NCBI RefSeq assembly: GCF_035594765.1
Contig: NC_085843.1
Coordinates: 273,831,971-273,895,970, forward strand
From: Anolis carolinensis
Taxonomy: Eukaryota
DNA: 64,000 bases
Direction of reading: 5' to 3'
Positions 51,034 through 64,000 of the stretch are shown piece after piece; positions within the stretch are counted from its first letter, which is position 1, and every line of letters begins with the position of its first letter. The notes beneath the pieces were generated by a model. It did no database searches. It saw only the letters and a program-made list of their open reading frames with translations, and was not told where the DNA came from. The position numbers and the translations under genes are program-made.

Positions 51034-54000
51034 CTGTAGACAATGGCAACATGCTCTTGACCTATTTCATTGGAGTAGAGCTCAGAAATTTTATTTTGGG
51101 GCTACAATTCCTGGAATTCCCCAACCCATCATCAAATATGTAACGTTCCCAGTAACTGTGCCTGTTCACTCTATCATCCCCTTCTTTTGGAAAAAGAAAT
51201 GACGATTCTATGTGCCTCTGTTGTGTTATCTTAATTTATCCTACTTCCCTTTTTTACCAGACAACAAGTCTCCCTATTGGGGAAGGAGGGCACTTTAATC
51301 AACTTCTGCTCTTGCTGTGGAGCAGGTGGTACCTTCTCCTTTGTTTCAGACATAGATATATCCTTGGCCAGCCCAAACACAACTAATAACTGAGATTAAG
51401 AGATTTTTATGGTCATGGAGAAGGGAAGAAGCTCCCTACATCCACTCCTCCTTTGGCTGACAGATTGAAGTCAGATAACCTTTTACCTGACTTTTTTCTC
51501 TTTGTGTGGCCAGGGCTCTTGTCTTTGACTTCTTCACACACCACACACAATGTACCTTCCCTTCTTACTGAGTGCTGGAGCTCTTCTAGAAAGGCAGGAG
51601 AATAAGCCATATCATAGCTTTTGTCTATAGAAACCTAGATGTCAGTTGATGTTAAAAGAATATAAGACCTTAGTTTTTATACCATCACTGCATCTGATCA
51701 AAGCCAAGACTGAAGCTTTATTGATATATCTTCCAAGCTTTCCAGGGCCTTGTTTCCTAGAGTGGAAAGATATCCATCTCAAACTGGTTTTTAGCCAGGA
51801 TGCCAACTAAGAACAATTTCCTTCTCCCCCGCTTTCTCTTCCTCCCCCTCCTCTTCTAGTTCTTCAGTTTTCTAATTAATACATTGATTTCTCTATTTGA
51901 GTCTATTGTTTTCTATGGCTGCCTCAAAGATATTATTCTATGTTTTGCACATAAAGACAGCAATAGTTATTCATCGTGTTTTATCTTTGAAATGTGTTCA
52001 AAAGGGGATGCTGTACTTTGGGGGTGGTATAGTCAGGTAATACTTTAAGCAACTGAACAAAGAGCAGTCTTTCAAAAACCATTCTCCATGTATTAATTGC
52101 CTGGATCTCATTAAACTATTTTCAGATCTTCCACTCCCTGTAAAAGAAGAATGAAGGGAAAAGTAAACTAGTAGCAGTGGAGATAAGAGAAGGACCTCTG
52201 GCTAATAAATAACTGCTAAGCTAGTGAAATGCTACGTCATGGAGAAGTTCAGGATGTCTGGCTTTTTGCTTCCCAAGGTTTGTTCACCTCCCTCCTCCCA
52301 CGTAGCTTTTAGACACAGCAGTGCTACCAAGGCGGGTCAGGGATGCTGTTCTCTCCTTAATAAAAGATTTGATTGATAACATTAATGGTAAATGGCAGCC
52401 CCTTGAAACCAAGAAGTGTTAAACCTTTTCTTCTTCTTCTTTTTGGACCTATCTGTTTTGTAAGAATACAACTTGCTCCAAGCAATGCCTGCCTTTTAAC
52501 AAAGCAAACATGCACCCTAGAAAGAGACTGGTTTAAGTGCTTGTGGTTATATGCACGCAAAGGGGAAGTCAGCTGGCATTGCAGTTGCCCTGGAAGAAGG
52601 TTATTAAGGAGCATCGACTAACCCAATTGTTATTCCCATGGGATGTGGCCCTGTATCTCGACCTTTGCTACCTGCTCTCTGTCTCGCTCAAGACCCAGAT
52701 CGAAATGTCTTGTTGCTACATAGTGTTAAGCACCTACACAAAACACGTCCCTTTCTCTTCCTTTTGTTGGCATGTGAAACATGGGTCTGCAAGCATTTGA
52801 CAAGCATGATTTCTAGCAAGCAAATGGAAGGTGGGCTCCACAATCTCCTCCATGATCTTCTCCCTGTCTCCCTCCCACAAATAAAAGCAGCATTTCCCTG
52901 AAACACAGCACAAAGGCATATTGGATCTCTCAATGAATTGCACCCAGCATACCACTCTCAGTCCTCTCTGTAGTTCATCTTTAAATCGAGGGAGTGTGCG
53001 TGTGAGTGTGACACAAATCATTGGAGAGAAACAGCTAGTTACCAAGGAGACCCCCAGATGAATCAGAGAGACGGACTTGTGTAAGATCCAGACATACTGT
53101 ATCTTCTTAATTCATGAGACCATAACATTTTAAAGGAGGAGGAGGAAAGGGAAGGAAATACAAGCCAAGTCTGAGAGGCACGCTTCCCTCCCACCATGAA
53201 AGGCAGCTCCTTATTGTTTTGCCGGGGAAAGAGGAATGAGCGAGTGGAGACCGAGAAGAGATTTAGGCAGGACTGAAGTGGAGATCCTCAGAAGCACTCT
53301 CTGATTCAGAGAAGAAGAAAAGACAGAAAAACACCATACAAGAACAAAGTGGTGGAGGTGACTGGGAGGAAAAACAGGCAAAAAGCTGCTGTTTCTATCC
53401 AGGAGTGAAGGGGAAATCAGTGAGCACAGGAGAAGCATCAGCACTGCAACAACCCTGGTGTTTTCTGTGAATGAAGGCTGTGTTGTTTCCTCTCACAATT
53501 TTAAATTCCTGGAAAGAGAATGGAGGCTCTGAGCTTTTTCTCAGAGTCCTTACAAAAGGAAGGCTTGCTTGGATTTGACATCTGGACTTCTCACCTCAGT
53601 CTTTTCTGAAAGATGCTGGTCACTGTTTGAAACCCTGACACGCAGCTTTCGTCTCCTTGCCTGTCACTTTTGCCCAGTTTCTCCAAGCGGCAGATGAAGC
53701 GATGAATCTTCCAAAAGGAGCCTGAGACAGGGACAAGGACTCAGCTTCGTGGCAGTGCGTGAGCTCGGTGTTCCTTCCCAGCGAAAAAGGGAGTTACCAG
53801 AATGTCTGTGAAACATGTGAAAGGCTCAGCCAACCGAAGAGATGTAAACACAACAGAAGGCGAGTGGAGTTTTCGAAAATGTGACAACACCCAGGAGCTT
53901 TGTCAAACAAAGTTTGGCCGAGGAAAGCTCGCCTTTAGTAGACTTGCTCGTTTTGATGGAGTTTCTTCTCTCCCAATGGATTGGTACTGCTTCTCCTTTT

Positions 54001-54281
54001 AAGAAAATTCTTGAACTTCTTCTCTCACCCCTACTTTGTCATTTCCCCCACCCTTCTTGCTATAGAAACAATTTTTCAAAGAAGAAAATATATTTGTAAT
54101 GGTGAGGGGAAAGCACAAATTCATTCTAACAACTGAATGTGAAGACTCACGAAAGCCTGCCACATGCATACATAACTTGATTTCTCTCCAAGGTGAAAAC
54201 TACAGAAAAATGTAGATTAAAAGGAGGAAAATCTTGCCAGTTCCAGTTTGAAATCTCCATATTGGGAGCAGCCTGACTACA

Positions 54282-54295
54282 GTTGCTAAGGTAAC
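54282..54295. promoter_or_regulatory. RFX X-box-like site
   Basis: GTTGCTAAGGTAAC. Confidence 0.4.
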
Positions 54296-57200
54296 CTGAT
54301 CAATTACAGATTATCTAATAGAGAAGGGTGTATTTAAATGTATAAGAGATCAGAATGTATAGAAGAAGCAGAGAGAGATTAGTTGCCACGTTTGTGTCAA
54401 GGAATGTCATATTATTCAGTTATACAGAGCATATTATTAAGTATATTTTGGGTGGGGAAAAATCCTCCTTAAGGTGGGAAACTTGTGTTGTGAGGGTCAC
54501 CGGGTTGTTAGTTAAGGATTCAAACTGAGGACATCTTTTTTAGAGGCAACTGATCGAAGAGCTCTTTCATGACATGAGTTATACTCCCTTGTCTCAAAAT
54601 GAAATTAGCTGCATGTAGCATTTATGATCTGAAACTAAAGGCTAACAAAATTAAAGTAATGATGTTTCAGTGTTGGGTATTATAAGGTTTACTGCTGGTC
54701 AAAATGAAAATAGGCTTGTTTAACTAGTGTGCGACTTGGTCTGCAAATTTGGGGAAGAGAAACATTTCAAAAAGATTGGGATTGGTGATAATTAGTTGAA
54801 ACATCCTCAGAATACTAAAGAGCTTTCAAGAACAGGTAAAAAGCTTTACTGCCTGATGTGGAAGGAATGCAAAAAAATTCCAAGCAGTAGCTGAAATCTA
54901 ATTATGAATTCCCTATTGACCTGTTTTGTTTTCAGCTAATATATTATGCCAATGTCTTAAGGAAGACTACAAAATCAGAGTGAGATATGGCTGTTCATTA
55001 TCTGAGCCACTTTTCAAGTGCCTTTTAGTTTTAAATGAAAAGTATGAAGAAATACATTGCACCTCCTGACTATAACAATATCTTTAATTTGGGTGACAAA
55101 ATTTTTCACAGACTTCCTCATATTTGTAATAGATGACAGTATGTGCTCTTTTTCTGATCTACATTTACATTTTATTTGTATTTAGTGTCAGCAATGGTCT
55201 GGTGTGACAAACACCCCCACAACTAAGCATATTGATTCAGAAGTAACTTCCACCAAATTCAGTGTGACTCATGCCTGCCTGATCCATTGCATGCTCACTC
55301 AGAAATAAACTATGTTTGGTTCAATAGGATTTACTTGCTCATAAACTAAGTTGTGGCCAATCGTAGATGAGAGAGGGCAGTATACAAATAAACTTTTACT
55401 TACTTACTACTTACTTGCACCCTTGGTAGGAACTACTCCTTTAATTTTTGCGGTGAAATCTCTGCTTTGGAGAATGGCCATGAGATGGATAAACATCAGA
55501 AAGATGTGTCATCAGTTTTGTTGTGTTTTGACAACAAACCAATTTGGTTTATTTGATGGAGGAAATCATATGACAGATGGAATGCTTTGGAGGTTTGCGT
55601 CAAGGTCATGTACAAAGGGAGCGGACTTTGTATCAGAGGAAACACTTGCTCTGTAACTTACATTGAGTGAGTGAGAGTCTTGGAAATCTCAGCATTTCTT
55701 GTATCCTGTGCCAAGTTTACAACAATCAAAAATTGATGAAAGGTAGAGCAGTCTGAAGTTCAAGAAATCACAGGCTTGGACCAGGTTGTGCAGCAAGAGT
55801 TGATAACAATTGAAGTATAGGTACTACTCTAAATAAAACAAGTTGCACAATAAATAAATATCTAAATATTCCTTCATTTGTTTGCTTAAACATATTTTAT
55901 TGGGAGTTTACATAGCGGGACAGTAAATTATTTACCCACCCTCCCATATCACAAACAACATTCTACGATTCGAAATGTAATCAATTACTATCAAAGTCAT
56001 ATAACAACAATGGACCATTATCAATATTCAAAGCATGCTCATCAAAATGTTTTTGTTATGATAGCTTCCAAAATACTTGTTATTCCACAGAGAGCCATGT
56101 CTAAAATTTGCATGTGCCGTATATGTTATAAATGGATTACCATACATGGAACTTCAGAATTGCCTTCAAACATTTTGCTATTAGCAAGTGGAGTTTCAGA
56201 GTTTCGGGGTCAGTTCCTCTAAGAATGTGGGGTTTCACACTCCATCTAATAAGTGATGAAAGGACAAGTCTTCTAAGCTCTTCCAAGTCATTGCTATCTC
56301 TAGCCTTACTGCATACAGCAAGGTAGATTGAAGAGATTTATATAAATATTTTTTCCATTGTTTAATCATAAATTGATATAAGCTAACATACAAGTGAGAA
56401 GGAATAAGCCACCTTGCAAACACAGTTGTTACTTTGTTGTGGCCCAGTTCTATCTCCTTCTTTGTCAGCATTAGGCACCTAATGAAGTAGTTTTATTGCT
56501 TACACATTTCAAAGTGGCAGTACCCATCATCTTTTGTCTAATTTACTGATTCCATTAAAGTTCTGTTCTTTGAATTCGTGCCTATTAAATGTATGATGGT
56601 ATCTAACTGTTTTACAAGAAACAAGCAATAGACATTTTTAATACACCTTCCGTTTGGGGATAGGAATTCTTCTCCTTGTATCTTGATTCTTTGCAAACTT
56701 TCATGCCACTTTGGTGGGCATGAAAACTTTCTTAACTTGCCACCCAAGTGAATCCTTGGGTTTCTGAGAAGGAACATGATTGACATCTCTGCTTTGCCTT
56801 CGAACAGCAGCGATCTAACTAATAAATGGCATATTAACCTCTTGCAAATCAAGGGATTAAACTGGCTTTGGAAGGTTTTGCTTGGCAACTGGCCCAAAGT
56901 GAGAAAGCTTCAGAAAGCCAATCAAAAGGCAAGCTTCCCATGCGCTATGTGGTTGCTGCATGCTGCGCTGTCTTACCAACAACCGACACATGGATCCAGG
57001 TTCACTCATTTCAAAGGCAGGACATGGAGTAGCAGAGAGAGCATGCCCATTTGTGAACACCCTTTCCAGAGTATCAGAAGTTTTATTTCAATGGGTTCTG
57101 GCAGAATCCCATTCCCAGCCTTGCTCTGATGCCGGAATATGTCACACCAATGCAAGCCTCATCCAACGAATGGGGGAAATCACCAAGAAGACTCAACTTG

Positions 57201-57341
57201 CCTGACCCTTCAAAACACTGGTAAATCTCTCTCTCTCCTGCTCGCTCTCTATTTTCTTCCCACCATCTCCATCTTTTTCTTTCTCTTTCTCTCCGTTTCT
57301 GCCCTCTTTTAAAAATCTCTCTCTGAAACTTGACATCATGC

Positions 57342-57362
57342 TTCAGGACCATGGAGAGCATT
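57342..57362 (+). promoter_or_regulatory. RE1/NRSE site candidate
   Basis: TTCAGGACCATGGAGAGCATT: one mismatch to the degenerate RE1 core. Confidence 0.5.
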
Positions 57363-57444
57363 CTACACTGCTAGATGCATATTTTTCACAAAGGGCATAA
57401 AGAACACTTCTCAATCTGCTAAGTGTGTCTCAGAGAAGGAAAAC

Positions 57445-57483
57445 AACATCAACATCATCATTATCATCATCATTATCACCATC
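57445..57483. repeat. (ATC)n-type degenerate microsatellite
   Basis: Read directly from the sequence. Confidence 0.8.
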
Positions 57484-59797
57484 TTGTTTGTAAATTCTAG
57501 TCAAATGAAGGCTTGATGATGAAATTTCAGATGTGGGAAAGGTCATGCAAAAAGTGACAGATGGCTCATGTGTAAAAATGGCCTGCACAGAAGCTTCTAA
57601 GAAGCTTCTAAGTGTCCTTTTCTAAAATGCTGATATTTCGCGGAACAATAGGTATTGCATACAGTGGTGCCATTGGCTGTTGAGATGACAGGTGACAAAA
57701 TTTGGGGTGAGGATGTTCCTGTTTGGCTGATTCTAGCATAATTTACTGTTCTAAGGGAATTAGGAAGCACTGATGGCAAAATGATGAAAGGCAGAGGAGA
57801 AATGAATTCTAGGCAGATCATTGAGAAGTGTAAATGTTTATGGTGCTGGGTATAGAAATATGGCAGTACCATTTAACCTAATCCTGAGAGGTATTTTTTA
57901 CTATGTCTTTGGTCTTGGAAGTTCATCAGTTCACATATTCACTTTATTTGTATTATGCCATGATGAAGGAACATTACGTTGAATATGGTCAAGGGTGCTT
58001 TAATATGTCATATATTCTAGCATCTAACTTGAGGATGAATCACATCCCAGTGCGGACTTTTGATAAGACTTGGCTTATGTTAAGCTTAAGTACAGTAAGG
58101 AAGCATGTTGAATCCTTGTCTACATATGATATAACTTGTTCTTACGTGATAGTCCCATTTGTGAGGAGATACTATTCTGGAAATGAGTAGGGTGTTGGGT
58201 TGACTAAGGAAATCTGGATTCAAGCCTCACAAGATTTGTGAATGAGAGCTTTTCTTGGAGAAGTCATATGAAATGGGAAGGATTATAACACAATAACTAT
58301 GATCCAAATGCATGTAGCTGATACTGTCCCCGCATTCACTGCAAATCTTTAGATTGAGGTCCAATGACATGAAAATTCTGTCAACAGTGTTGGATCATTT
58401 CACATGCAAAACTTTTTGTCACTGGGTGATGAGCATTCAGATATGCAAACATACAATGACCCTTGATTTCAAAGGAGTTAGACCTTGGCAGTCTCTTATT
58501 TGATGATATTTGAAGAAGCATTTGGTGACTAAGTGTCCCTGTGCAGTCCCTGAAATGGTTCTTCAAAAACGTTCCCTCTCTAAGAATTTTAAAGATAAAA
58601 GAGAGAGAAATTCCTGACTTAGCACAGCTTTGAAGTCCAGTGCTGTCATCCTGTAAGCCTTTGCTAATGTTAGAACTTTTGAGGTACAAACCACAAGTTT
58701 TCCAACCCATTTGAACTTCCAGGTTCCTTGGAGAGAGTAGAAGGCTTTTTTCAGGTTTTGAATGTAGAGGAGAGGGCAAGAGTCAGATAAATTCAAGAGT
58801 CTGCATTGATAGGGAATCATGTGATGATGTGTGAGTGAATGTGCCAAGAAAGCACTGAAAGATGGGGGATGATGCTGCTTCTATCCAGAAATTATTTTCC
58901 TTCTCATTTCTTGCAAAACTATATGGCATCAGACTTACTGCAATATTTTTACTCTCAGAATACAGTTTCTAAATAAGCTTTAAAACCTGTATCAGCCTAT
59001 TAGGAAAATAACCAAAGCATTCATCACATATACTTTTATTAGGTCTTCCTGAATGTAGCAGGTCAGTTTTTTACTTTCATATATTTCTCCTTAATGTTAA
59101 ATATTAACACCACACTAAAAAAAGGAAAGCAAGGAAATGATGCTAAAAGGCATGCTTTTAAAAAATCCAGGATGCATTTTTTTTCCACTCAAAATGGAAT
59201 ATAGGAAGTTGTCCTCTTCCACCCCAGATTATTTGACCTTCTACTTCTCTCTTCACACACAGTCCAATAACTGACTCCTGATTGCTGTATCTGAAAATAC
59301 CAGAATCTTTTGCATGCAAAGCAAGTTCTTTGCCTTAAAAGTTATGGTGTTCCTTTCCCTAGAAACAAGAGAAAGGGAGGTTGCTTGGTAAATTCCATAG
59401 GGTGTTCCAAGTTTGTTGCACAAAGAGCTTGGGGTGCAGAAAGCCATTGTTGGACTAAGTGTCTTCAACCCTGATCCTTTCCTTTTCAACAAGGATGCAG
59501 TTTTAACAAATCGGAGCACCTACAAATAACTAATAAGGCCCTGTTAAACCAGAAAGATCTTGATCAAGACTCTCTCCATTAATGATTTGGAGCTTCCAAA
59601 CTGAGTTTTCTTTTTGGCTGCTTCTGATCATTCCTCCCAGGAAAATGAGAGTTATAATGCTGTTGGCTCCTGGCAAATGATTGATCTCATCACACTCAGA
59701 AACAAACTCCCTATCTTCTGGGAATTAAGATACAGAATGTTGCAATGCAGAAAGCACCCTATGTTGAATAGCAACAATAATCGATGGATCCAACAGT

Positions 59798-60280
59798 GAG
59801 TAGCATCACTAGGTTTGGTGTCACCCGGTATGGTCGACATGGTGTCACCCAAGTGGACATTCTCTTAGACCAAATCAGACCACAATATTTAGCTAAAATG
59901 CCCCGCAAAATTTTGGACAGGATCAGTGGCTATAAAAAAATAGTAGTGATGAAAACAAGAGCACGTTACTTGTATCACATGCAGATAAAAACACATGATT
60001 TAAAATATCATGGTAACTGAGTACTAATGACAGCTCTGACCGAAGCACATGAGCATTAGAAGGTTCAAGAGGAAATTAGCATAGATTTTTAGCCTTGTAG
60101 TTATATCAATATAGTACATGTAAGGTGAGCTTATGAAAATGTTTTTGGAGTTCAAACTACAAGCATATCTTGATTAAAAACTTATACATTTCTGCTGAAA
60201 CACTGCACAAATTTTATAGAGAGTTATGTTGGTGTCACCCCCTGTGAGTGCAGTCAGCAACTCCTCTAATGATGCTTCTG
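59798..60280. mobile_element. Degraded MITE with GGTGTCACCC subterminal repeats
   Basis: Imperfect TIRs gagtagcatcactag / ctaatgatgcttctg. Motif at about 59817, 59841 and 60231. Confidence 0.55.
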
Positions 60281-62028
60281 CTGAAAGTGATGATATTTCC
60301 TGGTGGCTATTGCTCAGTCATGGAAAGATAGGAAGCTGCCTTGTTCTCAGTCTGTTTTTCGGTTCTGCGTGTCTAGTCCAACTGGGTTGGCTACTGTAAG
60401 TGACAGCAGCTCTACAAGGAGGTCTGTTCCATCAGCTGCTTCTTGGTTGCAGGAAATGCTTGAGAGCATAACCTCGGGCTTTTTTCTAGGCTGAACAGAT
60501 CTTCTATCACAGATCTATGGTCTTTCCCATAGGCACTCTCTCTCCATAAATCTTGTGAAAGGCTTTGGGCTTTTGCAAAGCAAGTGTTCCAACCATGCAC
60601 CAATTTCCAAAATAACAAAAAGTTTAAAAAAATAATAAAACAGCAAAAGAAAGAGTAACCTGTTCCACTTAGAAAGTGCTGTTAGTTCCAATTATCTGCC
60701 CCATCTTTGCACATGTAAGATGAGTTGAGGCAAAGGATGAACTTAGATGATAACTGTGATTGTGTTGTCAAATGTTGGGTCCTCCCAGCACACAATAATT
60801 TCCAATCTGTTCCAGTAAAACATGCAGAGGTCAAAGGCAGGAACACAAAATGATTTATTCAGCTCTGGGCAGATCAGACACTGGGGGCAAACAGTTCCCA
60901 AATCCAGATTGGTTTCAATGTACAAGCATAGACATTATATAGAAAAACAGGCACATCTGGTAACATGACAAACAGGTGAACCTTCTAGAATCTGCAGCAT
61001 CATTGGGCAAAGGGGCTTGCCCGCTCCTGGCTGCTGATTGGCTAGAAGTTTAAATGTCAGTGAATCTTGGATGTGGATTGACTGAGTGGTCTGTTAGGAA
61101 ATATAATAAACTGTCATTGGTTACATTTGCTGTCCATTTGTGTCCACTTTCTGGAGGTTGGGGAGGAATATGGACTGGGTTTACTCCCAGTGGTGTAGGT
61201 CCTAGGAGATTGACAGACAATGGGTGGCTGGCAGTCTTGATGGGTTATAGAATTAGGACAAAGGGTGGTGAGTGAAGTTTAATGGATTTCTACCCATGGT
61301 CATGGTTTGAGTCCTTTGTGAGGTGAGTAAGTTGGCAGGGTGCTGCTCCCCGCTCATTGTGAGAGTGCAAGTCATAAATGTGTATAAATTGTGCCTACTT
61401 AACTTATGAATGGGCAAGGTGTGGGAAAGAGGATCTAGATGAGTTTCAAGGAGTACCAAAAATTGAGACAGGGAGAACTTTCCAGATCATCTAGACTGAC
61501 CCTTATAGAATCTCCAATTTGGTCAGGGGTTGATAACAATTGGAAATACCAGTTGTCTGCAAAGTTACAGAATACCGAATATTGAAAAATAGTCTTACCA
61601 CATTGAAATACACTGTCAACAATCCCCTGTCAACCTGAGCTTTTTCACCTCTGTGTGAGAGCAGGAAAACAGTACCCCCCCCCCAAATGGATTAAAAAAG
61701 AGTCTGATCACAATATGATAGATTCTGCACTAAAAATAAGTCAACAGTGGTTTAGCACAGAAGTCTTGACCTGCAAAAATACAAACAAAGGTTTATTCAT
61801 TGGACAGAAAGCTTTGAAAATGTCCATTCTTGTGTTAAGAACAAAATAAGCAAACATTTACATTTCTGTAAATGGGCTGTTAATCAATTAATTCAGTTTC
61901 TGATGCTTGATAGCCTATGCTATCTTGGAGGATTGCAATAAGGATTAAAAGGGACCTAAATATTTTACAGGGATAGTCCTTGATGGAGGCATCATCTATT
62001 TGAAATCTGGCTCAAAAATAGACAGATA

Positions 62029-62337
62029 CAGTAGAGTCTCACTTATCCAACATAAACGGGCCTGCAGAACGTTTGGATAAGCGAATATCTTGGATAATAA
62101 GGAGAGATTAAGGAATAGCCTATTAAACATCAAATTAGGTTATGATTTTACAAATTAAGCACCAAAACATCATGTTATACAACAAATTTGACAGAAAAAG
62201 TAGTTCAATACGCAGTAATGTTATGTAGTAATTACTGTATTTATGAATTTAGCACCAAAATATCATGATGTATTGTAAACATTGACTACAAAAATGCGTT
62301 GGATAATCCAGAATGTTGGATAAGTGAGACTCTACTG
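62029..62337. mobile_element. Tc1/mariner-type MITE
   Basis: Perfect TIRs cagtagagtctcacttatccaaca / tgttggataagtgagactctactg and TA TSD. Confidence 0.93.
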
Positions 62338-63179
62338 TAACAAGAAAAAGCAAAGATCTTGGAGCTACTCGACAACAATGAGCACCTAGATTCGCCAAGC
62401 AAATGGGTCACCTGCTCACATCTTTGGAAAGCTGTGTTGTATTTCAGTATTAAATTATAGCTCTCCTTTCAAAATTAGCATCTGTTCATGCAAAACAGAA
62501 TGTGGTGACTCTGTGCAAATTGGTCTCTTCTTTTGTCCCCTCTTTTCGGCACGTATACATGGTCATCCTGGTCTAGAGTCATGTCAATCCATTATGCTCC
62601 CTCTTCCCTTGTTGCTCCCCAATAGGATGAATCCCATCTCTCAGCCTCCTTTTTTTTCCCTCAGATCCACCAGTATAATTTTGCCCTTTAAGTTGACGTG
62701 AATCCTTTTAAAATGCATCTCACATTTTCCCGCTGTGAACGTGCAAGCACTAGAAGCAATTAATCAAGGCATCAGTGCTGTTGAGTTGCTTTTCTCAGAT
62801 CAGCTGGGCTGGTGGAAGTGGGCCTGGGTAGCTGGGTGTCACTGCAGTTCTTTAAGTAGACTGACCTTTGCACCAATAGTGTGTTACATTTGACTGGAGG
62901 CTCAGGTAAAGAAATTGTCTTGCCATGGGTAGTACTGTTATTATCATCATCATAACACCACCAGAAAATGAACTTTCATGGAGATTGCTTTAAAGCTCAT
63001 GGGAAAACTTGAGTAGAAATGTATTCCCAAAGATAGTGGTAAATTGATGGAAATATGAGTTTGAATAGTTAAGAATATGCAGGAGGTAAAAGTAGAACAG
63101 ATGGGTCCAGACCATGAGCTCTTGGGCAAAAAAGTCAATAATTCAATATTAAACACAGAGAGCAACTCACAAAGAATTT

Positions 63180-63282
63180 GGGTTGTTGTATGTTTTCCGT
63201 GCTGTATGGCCATGTTCTAGAAGTATTCTCTCCTGACGTTTCACCCACATCTATGGCAGGCATCCTCAGAGGTTGTGAGGTA
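63180..63282 (-). mobile_element. Penelope-like element terminal fragment
   Basis: Matches the recalled Anolis Penelope pLTR end and contains a hammerhead motif. Confidence 0.75.
63228..63280 (-). ncRNA. Minimal type I hammerhead ribozyme motif (Penelope-associated)
   Basis: Minus strand CCU-CUGAGGA-U-GCCUGC...GUGGGU-GAAA-CG-UC|AGG. Stem II is held by G-U pairs and helix III is the palindrome ACGU. Confidence 0.75.
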
Positions 63283-63339
63283 TGGATAAGCCCAGACTCC
63301 AGGTTTTAGCTTCCAACCAAAATCGTAGAAGATCTGGAA

Positions 63340-63490
63340 GCCAAACACTATTAAAAGCAACCTAGGGAGCTGGGTATGTTTAGCTTGGAGAATGTTGAAA
63401 GGAGACCTGATGGTCATGTTTACATATTGGAAAAGATGTACTATTGTGGATGAGGTCAAGCTTATTTTCTTCTGCTCTAGAGACTATGGA
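63340..63490 (+). mobile_element. Old CR1 fragment
   Basis: gagctgggtatgtttagcttggagaa...ttttcttctgctctagagac. Confidence 0.7.
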
Positions 63491-64000
63491 TTTCATCTCA
63501 AGCAGTCTTCTCTCCATTTCTCTGTGCTGCCAAAACAGAATCTCATGGAGGACATCACATGAGGTAAAGCCACTTCCGGTGGTGGCCTGTGGGGTTCTGT
63601 TGTGGCAGGAAAACAGAGCAAAGACTACATGTTCTGGAGTTGGGTACTACCTGACTCCCAATGAGAGAAGATGAATAGAAGCAAGGAACAGCGGGGAAAG
63701 TACTTGGGATGGCTGCCATCCCTGTATACAGAAAGGTAGAAGACCTCGACAATTGGGAATGAAACAAGATGGTTCCCTCTGATTTTCATGGCTTCCTCTC
63801 CCTCCACCCCCACCCCAATGGGATGAGGTCCTAGGACATGGAATAATGGAGAGAAATTGCAGGAAAAGAGATTCCACCTAAGCAGGAAAACCCTCCTGAT
63901 TATAAGAACTGTTCGACAGTGAAATATGTTGCATAGGAGTATGATAGAGTCTCCTAGTCTTAAGGTTTTTAAATAGAGTCTAAGTGGCCATCAGTCAGCA

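Noticed and set aside
53802-54099. Short ORFs as coding exons
   Set aside because: No recognisable homology or supporting splice signals on the plus strand.

Overview
AT-rich vertebrate genomic DNA. The repeat content (Sauria SINEs, Anolis-type SINEs, young CR1, Vingi-like LINE, Penelope terminus, OC1-like hAT MITEs) points to a squamate, most likely an Anolis lizard; this is inferred from recalled repeat families, not from a search. I found no host protein-coding exon, so the window looks intronic or intergenic. The main feature is a young, near-full-length CR1 LINE on the minus strand (11969-16939). It has an intact ORF1 (zinc finger, coiled coil, SGNH esterase), an ORF2 (APE endonuclease plus RT) broken only by one nonsense codon, and a 5' UTR made of tandem 267-bp monomers. 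The best leads are: (1) a correctly phased U_UUA_AAC -1 frameshift heptamer at the CR1 ORF1 stop, leading into an open ORF2 frame that contains the first endonuclease motif upstream of the first AUG; (2) two minimal type I hammerhead ribozymes (17011-17078 + and 63228-63280 -); (3) two dissimilar solo LTRs that each open with a same-phase acidic reading frame ending in RRSAR[IL]; (4) about six REST/NRSE-like sites plus RFX X-boxes, suggesting a neuronal gene's regulatory landscape. Family names come from memory and need RepeatMasker/Dfam confirmation.
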